Below, piece after piece: positions 19,101 through 27,862 of a stretch of 64,000 nt of DNA (the first letter of the stretch is position 1; every line of letters begins with the position of its first letter). Position numbers and translations under genes: made by a program. The stretch comes from Candidatus Altimarinota bacterium (GTDB lineage Bacteria > Patescibacteriota > Gracilibacteria > JBDHUY01), in contig JBDHUY010000002.1 of assembly GCA_039809385.1 (NCBI GenBank), positions 64,001 through 128,000 on the forward strand, given 5' to 3'. Under the pieces are notes generated by a model that was not told the DNA's origin, searched no databases, and was given only the letters and a program-made list of their open reading frames with translations.

Positions 19101-21688
19101 ACGGGCCGGAAGCAATAGCCGTTGATAGTTCAGGAGCTGTGTATATCGCCGATCGGAGTAATAATCGGGTACAACGTTGCACGGGAGCCACCCCAACTTG
19201 TACATTATATGCGGGCAGTGGTACCGCTCTGGGACAGGTAAATCTGCCGGAAGGAATTGCTGTCGATCAAAACGGTGTGGTATACATAGCCGATACCGGA
19301 AATAACCGGGTTCAGCGCTGTACCGCCGCTGCGACGTGTACCCAATATCTGGCAGCCGGTACTTCGTTGGGACAAACCAGCTCCCCAAAAGGAATTGCGA
19401 CAGATAGTAGCGGCAATGTATATGTTTCTGATACAAATATCGCCAATCGTGTTCAGTATTGTACCGCGGCATCGACTTGTACTCTGTATGCCGCTTCCGG
19501 AACAGCGCTGGGAACAGTGAATGCCTCGCAAGGATTAATGGCTGATAATGTAGGTGGTTTGTATATCGCTGATACCGGAAATAACCGGGTTCAATATTGT
19601 ACCGCAGCATCGACTTGTACGCAGTTTGCGGGAGCCGGTACGAGTCCGGGACAGGTGAATAGTCCCCGCGATGTTGACTTTGCGTCCAGCGGGATCAACT
19701 ATGATGTCACCCGCTCCGGGGCAAAACCGCGTTTGGTGGTCTTTGGCGATAAACTGGTGGCTGCCTGGACCGAGCACAACGGCAGTTTTTTCCAGATGCG
19801 TATGAAATACTTTGACGGTACCGCTTGGTACACCGCGGATGACAATACATCCCAAAATTACAGCACCTTGAGGGGCTCAGACAGCCCGGCTCTCGTCGTC
19901 TACAAAAGCTTTGTCTATGCCGGCTGGTATGAAGGTAACGGCACCGCCAATCAGATTCGCGTCAAAAAATATGATGGCAAATCCTGGCTGTCCAGCGATG
20001 GAAACGGTACTACCGGGTTAAATTTCAATACTTCCAATACCCCGGTATCGCCCCAGTTTACCGAGTACAATAATAAACTGTATGCCACCTGGGTAGAAGA
20101 CTCGGGAGGATCGGTTTATCAGGTACGCGTTAAACGCTATGACGGTAACGGAATCTGGACCTTCGTCGATGGAGGAGGCTCGACCGGACTGAATTACAAC
20201 ACTGCCCAATCTGCCTTGGGGGCTAACGGAACAGCCTCCCAGCTGGCAGTATTTAACAATCAGCTTTTTTTGATCTGGAGCGAATTCAATACGACCGGCA
20301 GTGTCAACCAGATCCGTGTCAAAAAATACGACGGTACTTCCTGGACAAATGCCGATAGCGGCACGGTCGGTATCAATCAAAATACCTCGCGGTATGCCTA
20401 TTATCCCCATCTGGCGGTCTATGGGAACGAACTGTATGCCGCATGGTCGGAAGCCGTTACCGCCGGCCCGGCCCAGTATAATATCCGGGTCAAAAAGACC
20501 AGTAACGGTTCGACTTGGACATCGGTAGATGGTGGTGCAGCTACCGGACTCAACAAGGATACGACCAAAGAGGCATTCTATCCGCAGCTAATCGTATTCG
20601 GAGACAAATTGTATTCTATCTGGCAGGAACAAAACGGGACCGGAGTTTGGCAAAGTCGGGTACGTCGCTACGACTCGGGTTCGAGCTGGACATTTGTGGA
20701 CGGGAATGGAGCCAATGGAATCAATACTAATACGGCCTCCGACGCTATCTTCCCGCAACTTGTAGTGTATCAGAATCAAATGTATGCAGCCTGGTCCGAG
20801 TTTAACGCTTCTATCTATCAAGTTCGGGTTAGAAAATACGGTCCCACTGCCAATACGTGGACCACGGTGGATGGCGGAACCACCACGACCGGCTTGAACT
20901 TTGATACCACCAAGAACGCGAATGCTCCACGTATGGCCGTGTTTGACAATCGGCTCTTCATTACTTGGCATGAATCGGCCGGATCGTTTGATCTGGTCCG
21001 TCTCAAATATTTCAACGGTTCGACCTGGTACAACGCCGAAAACGGCTCGACCGGTATTAACTATGATACAACCAGAGATGCCCAACGTCCCAAACTCACC
21101 ATCTTTGGACGGAAACTATACGCTATTTGGCGCGAACACAACGGTACGAATTATCAGGTTAGAGTCAAAGAGCTGACTAACGAAAGTTATATCAATGTTT
21201 CTCTGCCCAGTGATACTATCAATTTCGGGACGCTGACATACAACACACTTTATAACTCGTATAGTACGACACTTCAGGTTGAAACAAATGCTGCTAACGG
21301 TTTTCAAGTCTATGTTTCCGATAACCAAAGCGGAAGCAATTCGGCACTGCAGCGCGGCATGCTCTCGAGTTATATACCCGATTACCCGTCTGCAATTGCT
21401 TCGCCGACCCAGTATAACTCCTGCGCCTCTCCGCCTTGTTACGGACTGGGAATTTGCGTAGTTTCGGCAACCGGAAAAAATACGTCCACCTGGGGCAGCG
21501 GAATTTCTGCATCCGACAGTAACAACAAATACGCTGCCGTACCGCAGGCAGACAGTCTCATCCATAGTGCTCCGGCTGGAACTATCAGCGACGAGGTCGT
21601 GATTGGATACGGGCTAAAACATGCTTTCTCTCAAACACCGGGAGTATACAGCGGTATTATCACATATACGGTCGTAGCGGTTCCGTAA
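13154..21688 (+). CDS. giant secreted protein: M4/M36-like zinc metalloprotease + 21 beta-propeller-type repeats + NHL propeller + C-terminal beta-sandwich
   Basis: Signal peptide ending AVRA. Pro-domain-like region, then DVIYHEMTH...MREGISD...DTHTNS (thermolysin-like). About 56-aa W.FVDG..GLN.D...P.L.VY...LY..W.E...QIRVK.YDG repeats and six VYIADT.NNR NHL repeats. Confidence 0.85.
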   Translation: MSEIFRFKRKSTTTLVFVLYTLSVLLAGPAAVRAQANPALPEVKPHVPAVAEPAQDSIENLNDNIDKKDLPVEKTQDGLVIKSPDTTDSLLLLPSQSERDTGASAPLPLHTKDEAIERAYMFLQQQNTFETFPKDLPIFSTQDGKDFFAFLEQAREAGIQLVTSEVIETPDRYRVRFGLRWDGIRILGEELEVILDKPTGQVTAVSGNLHRLVKDDTQNFVNPVRQAKYDLIITLLDEHATTTGTWDDAISLAEKVYYVVPDKEGEIRQGYLFEAELLYPFGVWQYLRDATTGRSIWKKNTTLLLNENENSSEQVTGSGTTIPENEVITIVPAAPEVNSETSDLPTSEKPEDSSPASAISDFSGLEVQTLLSGFAVSDKDLLNTLLLPLPFVQVFLKDKSEPLQAGADGSIAAPASRIQTVKLDSKQVQIINGIDNKIPQIDYTALSTGSGSNLPERMDSPVLSATSFALADTNAYYYAQHYLDEISRMTGITSAKQIQLFVNSRLARENGQHCTAFSLPTRYQIHFGSSEGCPGLSSDLALSPDVIYHEMTHILVEGLHPFSETTPEVDWMREGISDGVAAILNQDPLIGETVFKDPLQIDRFTSQPCTGSSDIECPDGKTTDTHTNSRLISSALWELYQKIGRSETLALLFSALQYETNTLDALVIHLLLEDDSRSRGGDNDMLNGTPHAQLILETFHDRGIGPGYLKWRQILTTQPAMALDEKWWKTESVYSERLHTILDGQHPETALVKQEENWVFSSAKDADPASAEESTDAEPTTTTEPASENLPAAEPGKTALEQNPEAIASLTRELEERQKIQTIFGDTMQEGFVYQIKNEQIHFIPQFLQNEVTAGQKTEEGNLVFADNDLDVLYQYDSTSRRLKEVLAIEKLPQQTADSTQLTVAGTESTMTGSGSLIESDQLTSQQTSGSGSILPDFVEKRDDGSRNLRFSWTVERDKSHLIKSGSEVFVRDEFGNDLLKIEAPFYLDKDGQRHDENIRWNIGGDETEVSDRHTLTLEILNPDPDSFPILVDPTVINDWSFVDQNASSGLNYDATKEAQFPQLVDFQGALYAIWRETNSAGDSHIRAKRFNGNSWVFVDGGGGNGLNFDVIRDALSPHAVVFGNALYVTWWEQTASVYQIRVKKYDGTTWSFVDGGGATGINQNTARNAYRPSLTVYNGLLYNTWSEENASAVLQIRVKKYDGVSWTTADGGGANGINQDTTKSAERSSLTVYGTMLYNIWIEPNGSGVDQIRVKKYDGVSWTTADGGGANGINQDTGRNVTFENPFMVPSGIYLYATWAEQNPSGISQIRVKQYDGTSWISVDGGGVNGLNYDTARNADGTNLQHFNNTLFLGWKETDAGGIDHVHVKRYSSGSWIFVDGGDSTGLNISSITNAREPRMALFGNALYLGVEEESSSLVYQIRVRKYDGNTWYLVDSPISSGTQNTGWLNLTTCSNNTGTGTAAWGTTANALASDNAYSSATLGASVTSNYLVCTTPSGVSIPSGAGITGIEVNVERSSSSGAVGVNILDNAVYLVKNNVILDNLNKAQATVWTTGDTVITYGNSADLWQNTWKVSDFSGAFGVAFSAKNTGTVSANGRVDHIQIRIHYTQDFDKGLNKDATKDAYNPEFATYNSDLYATWYEHNASSIGQIRLARYDGIQWTFVDGNGTNGLNIDVSKDAQSPHLAVYNGLLYVTWSEADSVSSIQQIRVGAFDGSGWEILDGGGVTGLNVDVSSPAYTPRFQVYNDQIFLLWSEHFTDTIDGPVYHIRAKASDGIDNWYQVEPGNGINQDNFYSGEFPHMAVYNDTLYAIWTESNLTDSIKLIAKQYNNDETWSLTNDIAGLQQSGGYTYPSNPDLASYDGYLYAIWSQTNASLSAQHIRVKRYDGTTWSSFDTSNTSVVYIADTSNNRIQRCRPNTTCTVYASAGASLGQVNAPQGVAVYNYDTVYIADTTNNRIQKCTGSTPTCALYAGAGTALGQVNGPEAIAVDSSGAVYIADRSNNRVQRCTGATPTCTLYAGSGTALGQVNLPEGIAVDQNGVVYIADTGNNRVQRCTAAATCTQYLAAGTSLGQTSSPKGIATDSSGNVYVSDTNIANRVQYCTAASTCTLYAASGTALGTVNASQGLMADNVGGLYIADTGNNRVQYCTAASTCTQFAGAGTSPGQVNSPRDVDFASSGINYDVTRSGAKPRLVVFGDKLVAAWTEHNGSFFQMRMKYFDGTAWYTADDNTSQNYSTLRGSDSPALVVYKSFVYAGWYEGNGTANQIRVKKYDGKSWLSSDGNGTTGLNFNTSNTPVSPQFTEYNNKLYATWVEDSGGSVYQVRVKRYDGNGIWTFVDGGGSTGLNYNTAQSALGANGTASQLAVFNNQLFLIWSEFNTTGSVNQIRVKKYDGTSWTNADSGTVGINQNTSRYAYYPHLAVYGNELYAAWSEAVTAGPAQYNIRVKKTSNGSTWTSVDGGAATGLNKDTTKEAFYPQLIVFGDKLYSIWQEQNGTGVWQSRVRRYDSGSSWTFVDGNGANGINTNTASDAIFPQLVVYQNQMYAAWSEFNASIYQVRVRKYGPTANTWTTVDGGTTTTGLNFDTTKNANAPRMAVFDNRLFITWHESAGSFDLVRLKYFNGSTWYNAENGSTGINYDTTRDAQRPKLTIFGRKLYAIWREHNGTNYQVRVKELTNESYINVSLPSDTINFGTLTYNTLYNSYSTTLQVETNAANGFQVYVSDNQSGSNSALQRGMLSSYIPDYPSAIASPTQYNSCASPPCYGLGICVVSATGKNTSTWGSGISASDSNNKYAAVPQADSLIHSAPAGTISDEVVIGYGLKHAFSQTPGVYSGIITYTVVAVP

Positions 21689-21779
21689 GTCGGAAAGAAG
21701 ATTTGGAAAATACCCGAATAGAGGAGATGATATATTCCTGAAGCTAGGTTGTTGGGCATATTTTAAAAGCGTCAAGCCT

Positions 21780-21809
21780 TTGACCGGAAGAGGTTTTTTA
21801 TTGTATAAT
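21780..21809 (+). promoter_or_regulatory. putative promoter of pilus operon (TTGACC-N18-TATAAT)
   Basis: Near-consensus hexamers ending 23 nt upstream of the pilB ATG. Confidence 0.45.
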
Positions 21810-21832
21810 GATCAGACCACAAATAAAAACAC

Positions 21833-23104
21833 ATGACTGAAAATACTAGCGCACCGACCGCTACGGCACAAGCCACTACAGGCGGATCGGCCCAAAATTC
21901 GGCTTTGGGGCGTTTGCAAGCCTCGAATATCAATATTATCGAAGTCATCGACGATATGTTTCGGACAGCTGTGGAGATGAATGCTTCCGATATTCATATC
22001 GAACCGTGGGAAACCAGTATCGTGATCCGTTTTCGGGTCGACGGGAAATTCGCCCAATATAAAAAGCTTGATGGGAGTGTCAAACAACAATTTGTCACAC
22101 GTATAAAAATACTTTCCGGTCTCAAAATCGACGAAAATCGTCTTCCTCAGGACGGCAAAGCTTCATTTCCGGCCAAAGATCAGACCGTAGATCTGCGCGT
22201 CTCAATTTTACCGGTAGTATTCGGCGAGAAGATCGTTATCCGTATTTTGAAAAAATCACAAAAAAAATTGAGTATCAAAGATCTGGGAATCATGGGGACG
22301 TCTTTAGAAAAAGTAGAGCGGGCTCTACACAAAACCTACGGTATTATTCTGGCAACCGGACCGACCGGTAGCGGAAAAAGTACGACACTTTATACCCTCC
22401 TGGGAACCTATGACGTTGCCCAGCACAACATCTCGACGCTGGAAGATCCGGTCGAATATTCGATGCAGGGAGTCAATCAAAGCCAGATACATGCTGATAT
22501 CGGGTTCGACTTCTCGGACGGACTGCGTTCGCTTGTACGTCAGGATCCGGACATCATTATGGTAGGAGAAGTTCGCGACAAAAAAACCGCCCAATTGGCG
22601 ATCGAATCGGCCCTGACTGGACATCTGGTATTTTCTACACTGCATACGAACGATGCCGCTACCACAGTACAACGTCTGGTCGATATGGGAGTTGAACCGT
22701 TTTTGATTACATCATCGATTCAATTGGTAATCGCACAGCGTTTAGTACGTAAAGTATGTCCCTTCTGTCGAGTACCCATCCGTCTGGACGGCTCGATAAA
22801 AACCCAGGTCACGCTCCAAATCGGTAATATGGTTGATAAAGATGTCGATCAGATTGCTTTTTTCAAGGCGAAAGGCTGTCCGCAGTGTAACAATCTCGGT
22901 TTTAAAGGACGTATCGGTATTTACGAGGTACTCGAAATAACCCCACCGATTCAGACGCTGGTGCTTAAGGAAGGCGTAGACAGCAATACGATCAAAGAAG
23001 AAGCACTCAAAGAAGGAATGACTACCTTGCTGCAGGATGGACTGGTAAAGGCTGCTTTGGGACTTACTACCGTCGAAGAGGTCTTCCGAGTAGTTGGAGT
23101 ATAG
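21833..23104 (+). CDS. pilB: type IV pilus/T2SS assembly ATPase PilB/GspE
   Basis: ASDIHIEP, RLPQDG, GPTGSGKST, EDPVEY, RQDPDIIMVGEVRD, TGHLVFSTLHTND, CPFC...CPQC zinc motif. Confidence 0.95.
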   Translation: MTENTSAPTATAQATTGGSAQNSALGRLQASNINIIEVIDDMFRTAVEMNASDIHIEPWETSIVIRFRVDGKFAQYKKLDGSVKQQFVTRIKILSGLKIDENRLPQDGKASFPAKDQTVDLRVSILPVVFGEKIVIRILKKSQKKLSIKDLGIMGTSLEKVERALHKTYGIILATGPTGSGKSTTLYTLLGTYDVAQHNISTLEDPVEYSMQGVNQSQIHADIGFDFSDGLRSLVRQDPDIIMVGEVRDKKTAQLAIESALTGHLVFSTLHTNDAATTVQRLVDMGVEPFLITSSIQLVIAQRLVRKVCPFCRVPIRLDGSIKTQVTLQIGNMVDKDVDQIAFFKAKGCPQCNNLGFKGRIGIYEVLEITPPIQTLVLKEGVDSNTIKEEALKEGMTTLLQDGLVKAALGLTTVEEVFRVVGV

Positions 23105-23227
23105 ATAGAATTTTCATCCATGTTTATCCGTAACGTTTGAGATTCTTCGCTTCGCTATCGCTCAGCTCAAAATGACTTGTCCCTAATACTCGATACCCCA
23201 TACTTTATACTAGATACTCATCTCACA

Positions 23228-26200
23228 ATGTCCGACCAACCAGCCAATAACGATCATCCCACGACCGAGCAGAAACTTTCCCAGCTCAACGATGCCGTAC
23301 TGGTAAGCCAGTTCAAGGATTTTATGAATCGTAAAAAGTATGAAGAATTGATCAAGAGTTATGAGACCCTGATCCTGGATCATCCGGACCATAAACCGTC
23401 CAAACAGATTTCGGGATTATACGAAAAAGCCAAAGGAAAACTGGAAGAAGCTTTGATGAAAAGCTGGTTCGAGAGTGCCAGTAAGAATATCGGAAAATAT
23501 AAAAACGACCCCGGCGCGGTGCAGTCGATCGACGAAGCAATCTACTGGGTCAAAGCTTTTTTCAAACGCAAGCAATATCGTAAAGCTATTAGAGGCGCCA
23601 AAGAGATCCTCAGTATCGACCCCGGTCACCGTGAAATAAAAGATTTGCTGGAACAGGCTCTCTATCTCTATGACAAACAGGAGCATACCTTCAAAGGCGA
23701 ATTCGATTACGAAAAACAGAAACAGATCGAAGAACAAGAACATGCTTGGAGCACACTCGAGAAACTGAAGTTCGAGATGACCAACGCGCTCGATCTGGAA
23801 AAATATAAACGGGCCGAAAAACTGGCTGACAAAGTTCTGGCGCTGGAACCTTCCGACGAAGATGCGCTCAATGTGAAACACCAGCTGGAACGGGTCAAGA
23901 ATGCAAAAAGCGGCAGCAAAAAACAGGTAGATCTCTCTGGCATGAGCAAGCTCAAAAGAAGCCTCGATATTTACCGTTTGAAACTTGAAAAAGCCAAAGC
24001 CAGCATTATCAAGACCATTTTTTCCCGATTGCGGGAAAGTGAAAGCGAAAAACTGAAACGTAAAGCACTGGAGCTGGTCAAAGAAAAGAAAGAGGATAAC
24101 GTACTGGCCCAAAAGTTGCAGAAAAATATCATTCCACAGATCGATAAATATACGCTGCCGGGATTTGACGTGTGGGGCGATACGTTGCAGTCGGAACGCA
24201 TCGGCGGCGACAGTTTCGGATTTATCCAGAGAGATGCCGAAAATATTCTCTTTTATATCGGCGATGCTTCCGGTCACGGGATCCAGGCTTCGCTGTTTTC
24301 GTCGCGAGTTAACTTGATTTTACGGGAATGTGCCCGCGAAGGTTTGGGATTGCGCGACACCGCCGTACGGCTTAATCAGCGAGTCTTTGAAGAGAAAGTC
24401 AAAGAAAAAGACAAAGATTTCATGACGATGATTCTGTTCAACTGGAATCTGAAAACCAAGACCCTCTCTTTCGTCGGAGCCGGTCACGAGTATATCATTC
24501 ATTATAAGCACAGCGAACAAAAGATCGATCTGATTCCGGCCAAAGGGATTGCCATCGGTATGATCGAAAAAGCCGAGCCGTTATTAACAGAAAAACAGAT
24601 CAAGATCGGCGATCAAGATATCATCGGTCTCTTTACCGACGGGGTCATCGAAGCCGTGATGAAGCAAAATGAAAAAGAGCTTTTCGGTATCAACCGACTC
24701 AATGACCTGCTCGTAAAAAATCTGGGGGCCAAAAACAGCAGAGAGCTCTACAGCAGCATCGTGCGCAGTGTCGGCGAACAAACCGTGCAAAGAGACGACG
24801 TTACGCTCCTGGTTTTACGTCGTGACGAGCATACCGATTTGATTTTCGAAGATGATCTGAAGGGAATCGAATCGATCGACCTCAATACGCTCAAAAATCT
24901 TTCACGCGGAGAAGTCGAAAAGTCGATTCAGGAAATTTCGCGCGAAAACAAAGTCAAACACCTGCTGTTAGAACTGAATAACCTGCTGCAGCGCGGAGAA
25001 TTCCAGATGATCGTTAACCGGTGTACCGAAGCGATCGTGAAAGACGAAGTTTATAACAAAGAGATTAACAATTTTTTACGCAAAGCCAAAAAATATCAGG
25101 TACAACAACGCGAAAAAGAGCGTCGCGATCAGATCGAGGCGATTTATCGTCTGGCCCGCGACGAATTCAAAGCCGGTGAGTCCATGAAAGCGAAAATGAG
25201 CCTGCTAAAAATCATGAAGCTCGACGAAAAAAATCTGAAGATCAAAACATTATTCAAACGGGTCGAAAAGGCGGTAATAAAATACGGTCCCCGGCATTTG
25301 CATAAGAAAAAGCAGAATGTCTGGCTCGATAACCTCGTTCGAAAAATAAATCTGGCGCTCAGTCCGGCCAACAAAAAAGACAATGTCGATTTCATCGTAC
25401 GTCTTTCAAATCTGGTCAATTCCGGAATCAAAGTGAAAGAATCCTTATTGATCCTTATCAAACAGGCCAAAAAAGATAGTCTGAAGATCATGTATGCCAA
25501 AATGATCGAAAATCTGGAGAAAGGGTTCCTGCTTTCCTTTTCTATGGCGCTGTATCCCCGGGTATTCACTTCACTGCAAACCAATCTGGTGCGTGCCGGC
25601 GAGGAAAGCGGTAACTTGGGACCGATCCTGGATGACCTTAGCCATCAATTGATCGAAGAACGCGATCTGAAAAGAAAAATCAAGGGGGCGCTTATTTATC
25701 CCGGCTTCATTATCTCGTTCAGTATTGCGCTGGTCGTGGGGATGATGCTCGGAGTAGTTCCCCAGCTTGCTCAAGCCTACAATGATGCCAAACTTACGTT
25801 ACCTGTTCCGACCCAGGTGATCATTGCGATAAGCAATTTTATTCGAGATTTTTGGTATGTTCTCGTCATCCTGGGCGTGGGCGGAGTTATCGGCATGATC
25901 TCTTTCGGCCGAACCTTACCCGGGAAACTGTTTTTCGATCAGGTTAAGATTAAAATACCGATTTTTAAAGATTTGACCCGTAAATCCAACGTGTTTCTGT
26001 TCGGCAACAGTCTGTCGATGCTGGTAGACAGCGGTATTCTGCTCCTGGATGCCATGAGCATTACGTCGGATGTGGTGCAGAATATTTACTATAAACGAGA
26101 AATCGTACGGGTCAGAAACGATGTAGTCAACGGAAAGGCCTTGTCTTCCGCACTTGGAATCGATGCTTTGAGCGACAAGACCAAAAAAGAGAACGAGTAT

Positions 26201-26434
26201 TTTCCGCTGGAAGTCCCGCAGATGGTACAAGTAGGCGAGAGCACCGGTCAGATTACAAAAATGCTCCGTCAAGTAGCCGAAAACTATCAGAGAGAATTGA
26301 AGGATTTTGCCAAAAACTTTTCGACCATTATCGAGCCTGTGCTAATTGTCTTTATCGGTGTCATGGTCGGAGTATTGCTTGTTTCGATCATGTTACCCTT
26401 CTTTGAATTCGGCAAAGTCATCAAGAATCAATAA
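23228..26434 (+). CDS. pilC: fusion protein: TPR-like repeats + PP2C/SpoIIE phosphatase + type IV pilus platform PilC/GspF
   Basis: PP2C motifs IGGDSF, IGDASGHG, GAGHE, FTDGVIEA, RDDVT. T2SSF motifs NLVNSGI, AGEESGNL, KIKGALIYP, MVQVGESTG, IIEPVLIVFIG. One uninterrupted frame. Confidence 0.9.
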   Translation: MSDQPANNDHPTTEQKLSQLNDAVLVSQFKDFMNRKKYEELIKSYETLILDHPDHKPSKQISGLYEKAKGKLEEALMKSWFESASKNIGKYKNDPGAVQSIDEAIYWVKAFFKRKQYRKAIRGAKEILSIDPGHREIKDLLEQALYLYDKQEHTFKGEFDYEKQKQIEEQEHAWSTLEKLKFEMTNALDLEKYKRAEKLADKVLALEPSDEDALNVKHQLERVKNAKSGSKKQVDLSGMSKLKRSLDIYRLKLEKAKASIIKTIFSRLRESESEKLKRKALELVKEKKEDNVLAQKLQKNIIPQIDKYTLPGFDVWGDTLQSERIGGDSFGFIQRDAENILFYIGDASGHGIQASLFSSRVNLILRECAREGLGLRDTAVRLNQRVFEEKVKEKDKDFMTMILFNWNLKTKTLSFVGAGHEYIIHYKHSEQKIDLIPAKGIAIGMIEKAEPLLTEKQIKIGDQDIIGLFTDGVIEAVMKQNEKELFGINRLNDLLVKNLGAKNSRELYSSIVRSVGEQTVQRDDVTLLVLRRDEHTDLIFEDDLKGIESIDLNTLKNLSRGEVEKSIQEISRENKVKHLLLELNNLLQRGEFQMIVNRCTEAIVKDEVYNKEINNFLRKAKKYQVQQREKERRDQIEAIYRLARDEFKAGESMKAKMSLLKIMKLDEKNLKIKTLFKRVEKAVIKYGPRHLHKKKQNVWLDNLVRKINLALSPANKKDNVDFIVRLSNLVNSGIKVKESLLILIKQAKKDSLKIMYAKMIENLEKGFLLSFSMALYPRVFTSLQTNLVRAGEESGNLGPILDDLSHQLIEERDLKRKIKGALIYPGFIISFSIALVVGMMLGVVPQLAQAYNDAKLTLPVPTQVIIAISNFIRDFWYVLVILGVGGVIGMISFGRTLPGKLFFDQVKIKIPIFKDLTRKSNVFLFGNSLSMLVDSGILLLDAMSITSDVVQNIYYKREIVRVRNDVVNGKALSSALGIDALSDKTKKENEYFPLEVPQMVQVGESTGQITKMLRQVAENYQRELKDFAKNFSTIIEPVLIVFIGVMVGVLLVSIMLPFFEFGKVIKNQ

Positions 26435-26487
26435 CCCACGAAAAATTTTTACGTAAATATCCGATCCACGTACCTAAATATTTTTTT

Positions 26488-27696
26488 ATGAAGATCAACC
26501 TGGACGCTTTGAAGGAACAATTTCAACCGACACCTCCTGCCGGCGGTAATCCTGCCTCCGTTACGTCAGGATCTCAGTCGCAGGGAAGCGGAAACGATCC
26601 TGTCGCGAATTCATCCGCAGGGGCAAAAGCTACTATTGGCAGTGTTCCGGCTGGCAACGACAAACCTGAGATAGCGCCTTCCGCGGCTTCGTCAAGTACA
26701 CCCCTACCTTCACCTGTTTCTAACAATACCCCTGCGCTTAAGGAAGAAGAAGACACCCCGCCCAAGGTAGTGCTAAAAAGTACTGCATCCGAAAGTAACT
26801 CTGCTACTGAAAAAAATAGCAGCCCCGAGGCGACGCCGATCAAGATGATTTCTCTCAATAGCAAAAACACACCAGCCAAAGCTACCGGGGTAAAGCTTTT
26901 GTCGGTCGAACAAATGAAACAACAGAAAAAAGAACAGGAAGAACGGAAAAAAAATGTCCAAGTCGCGCCGGTCGACAAAAAAACGACCCTGGAAGTTGTT
27001 ATGGAGGAAGAACCGCTTCTGTTCGGGAACCTGAGCTCCACATCTCATCAGAAATGGCACAAAGAGAAGGAAAAATTCCGTAACTATCAAAGCAAGAAAA
27101 GAAAGCAAGCTGTCAAAATGGTAACGCCCGCCATAGGACTCTTTGCTTTGGCGTTAATTCTTTGGCCCGTTGGCAATAATTTTATCGCTTCTCTGTCGGG
27201 TACCACTTCTCAACAAAACACAAACGGAGTACCCATCAATGGAAATTCTTATCAAGTCACTCAAACCAACGATAACGCGCTACATGCCTCGGCCAATCAG
27301 AATAGCACCAATACGAATGAAAATCACTCGCTCAACAAAAATGCCAACACGCTTGCGCAGACCAATAGAAATAATAATCCGGTGACACCACAAAAATTCG
27401 TGACGAGTGTACAGAATGTTGCTCCTCAAATTTCGACTCAGAATGTGGAGGATCTGGAAAAGGCTTTTTCCAATCAAAGGACATTGACCGTTTTTGAAGC
27501 GGTGAAAGCCAGTATGGAGACTTTCAACATTCCCAGTCTGATTCCGCGGAATAAATTCAGTCCAAAGGATCGTTATGTTGTAAAATTTTCTCTCAAAAAC
27601 GGTATCGTCGCTCAGGAAGAAGATCTGTATAAAATTCTGGACGATGATACGCTTCACGATATCGAAGCCACGATGGTGCGGTATGTGACGAAATAA
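26488..27696 (+). CDS. hypothetical single-pass membrane protein with low-complexity regions
   Basis: ORF inside the pilus operon. One TM helix (AIGLFALALILWPV) and S/P/N-rich linkers. Confidence 0.75.
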   Translation: MKINLDALKEQFQPTPPAGGNPASVTSGSQSQGSGNDPVANSSAGAKATIGSVPAGNDKPEIAPSAASSSTPLPSPVSNNTPALKEEEDTPPKVVLKSTASESNSATEKNSSPEATPIKMISLNSKNTPAKATGVKLLSVEQMKQQKKEQEERKKNVQVAPVDKKTTLEVVMEEEPLLFGNLSSTSHQKWHKEKEKFRNYQSKKRKQAVKMVTPAIGLFALALILWPVGNNFIASLSGTTSQQNTNGVPINGNSYQVTQTNDNALHASANQNSTNTNENHSLNKNANTLAQTNRNNNPVTPQKFVTSVQNVAPQISTQNVEDLEKAFSNQRTLTVFEAVKASMETFNIPSLIPRNKFSPKDRYVVKFSLKNGIVAQEEDLYKILDDDTLHDIEATMVRYVTK

Positions 27697-27862
27697 AGAC
27701 GGGAGAACGGAGAGGTGAGTTCTCAAAGGCTTGCAGTTAACAACAAACAGATCCAAAAAGCCTCCTTGGGTTTTACTACAAAAACAAGAATCAATAAGAA
27801 TTATACCTTTAAAAAGCACTCTACTCTCACTCTGAACTTTGCATTTTTAACTTTTCATTCGT

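Noticed and set aside
23417-24277. 286-aa minus-strand ORF and other long antisense ORFs
   Set aside because: They overlap well-supported genes on the opposite strand and have antisense-type composition.
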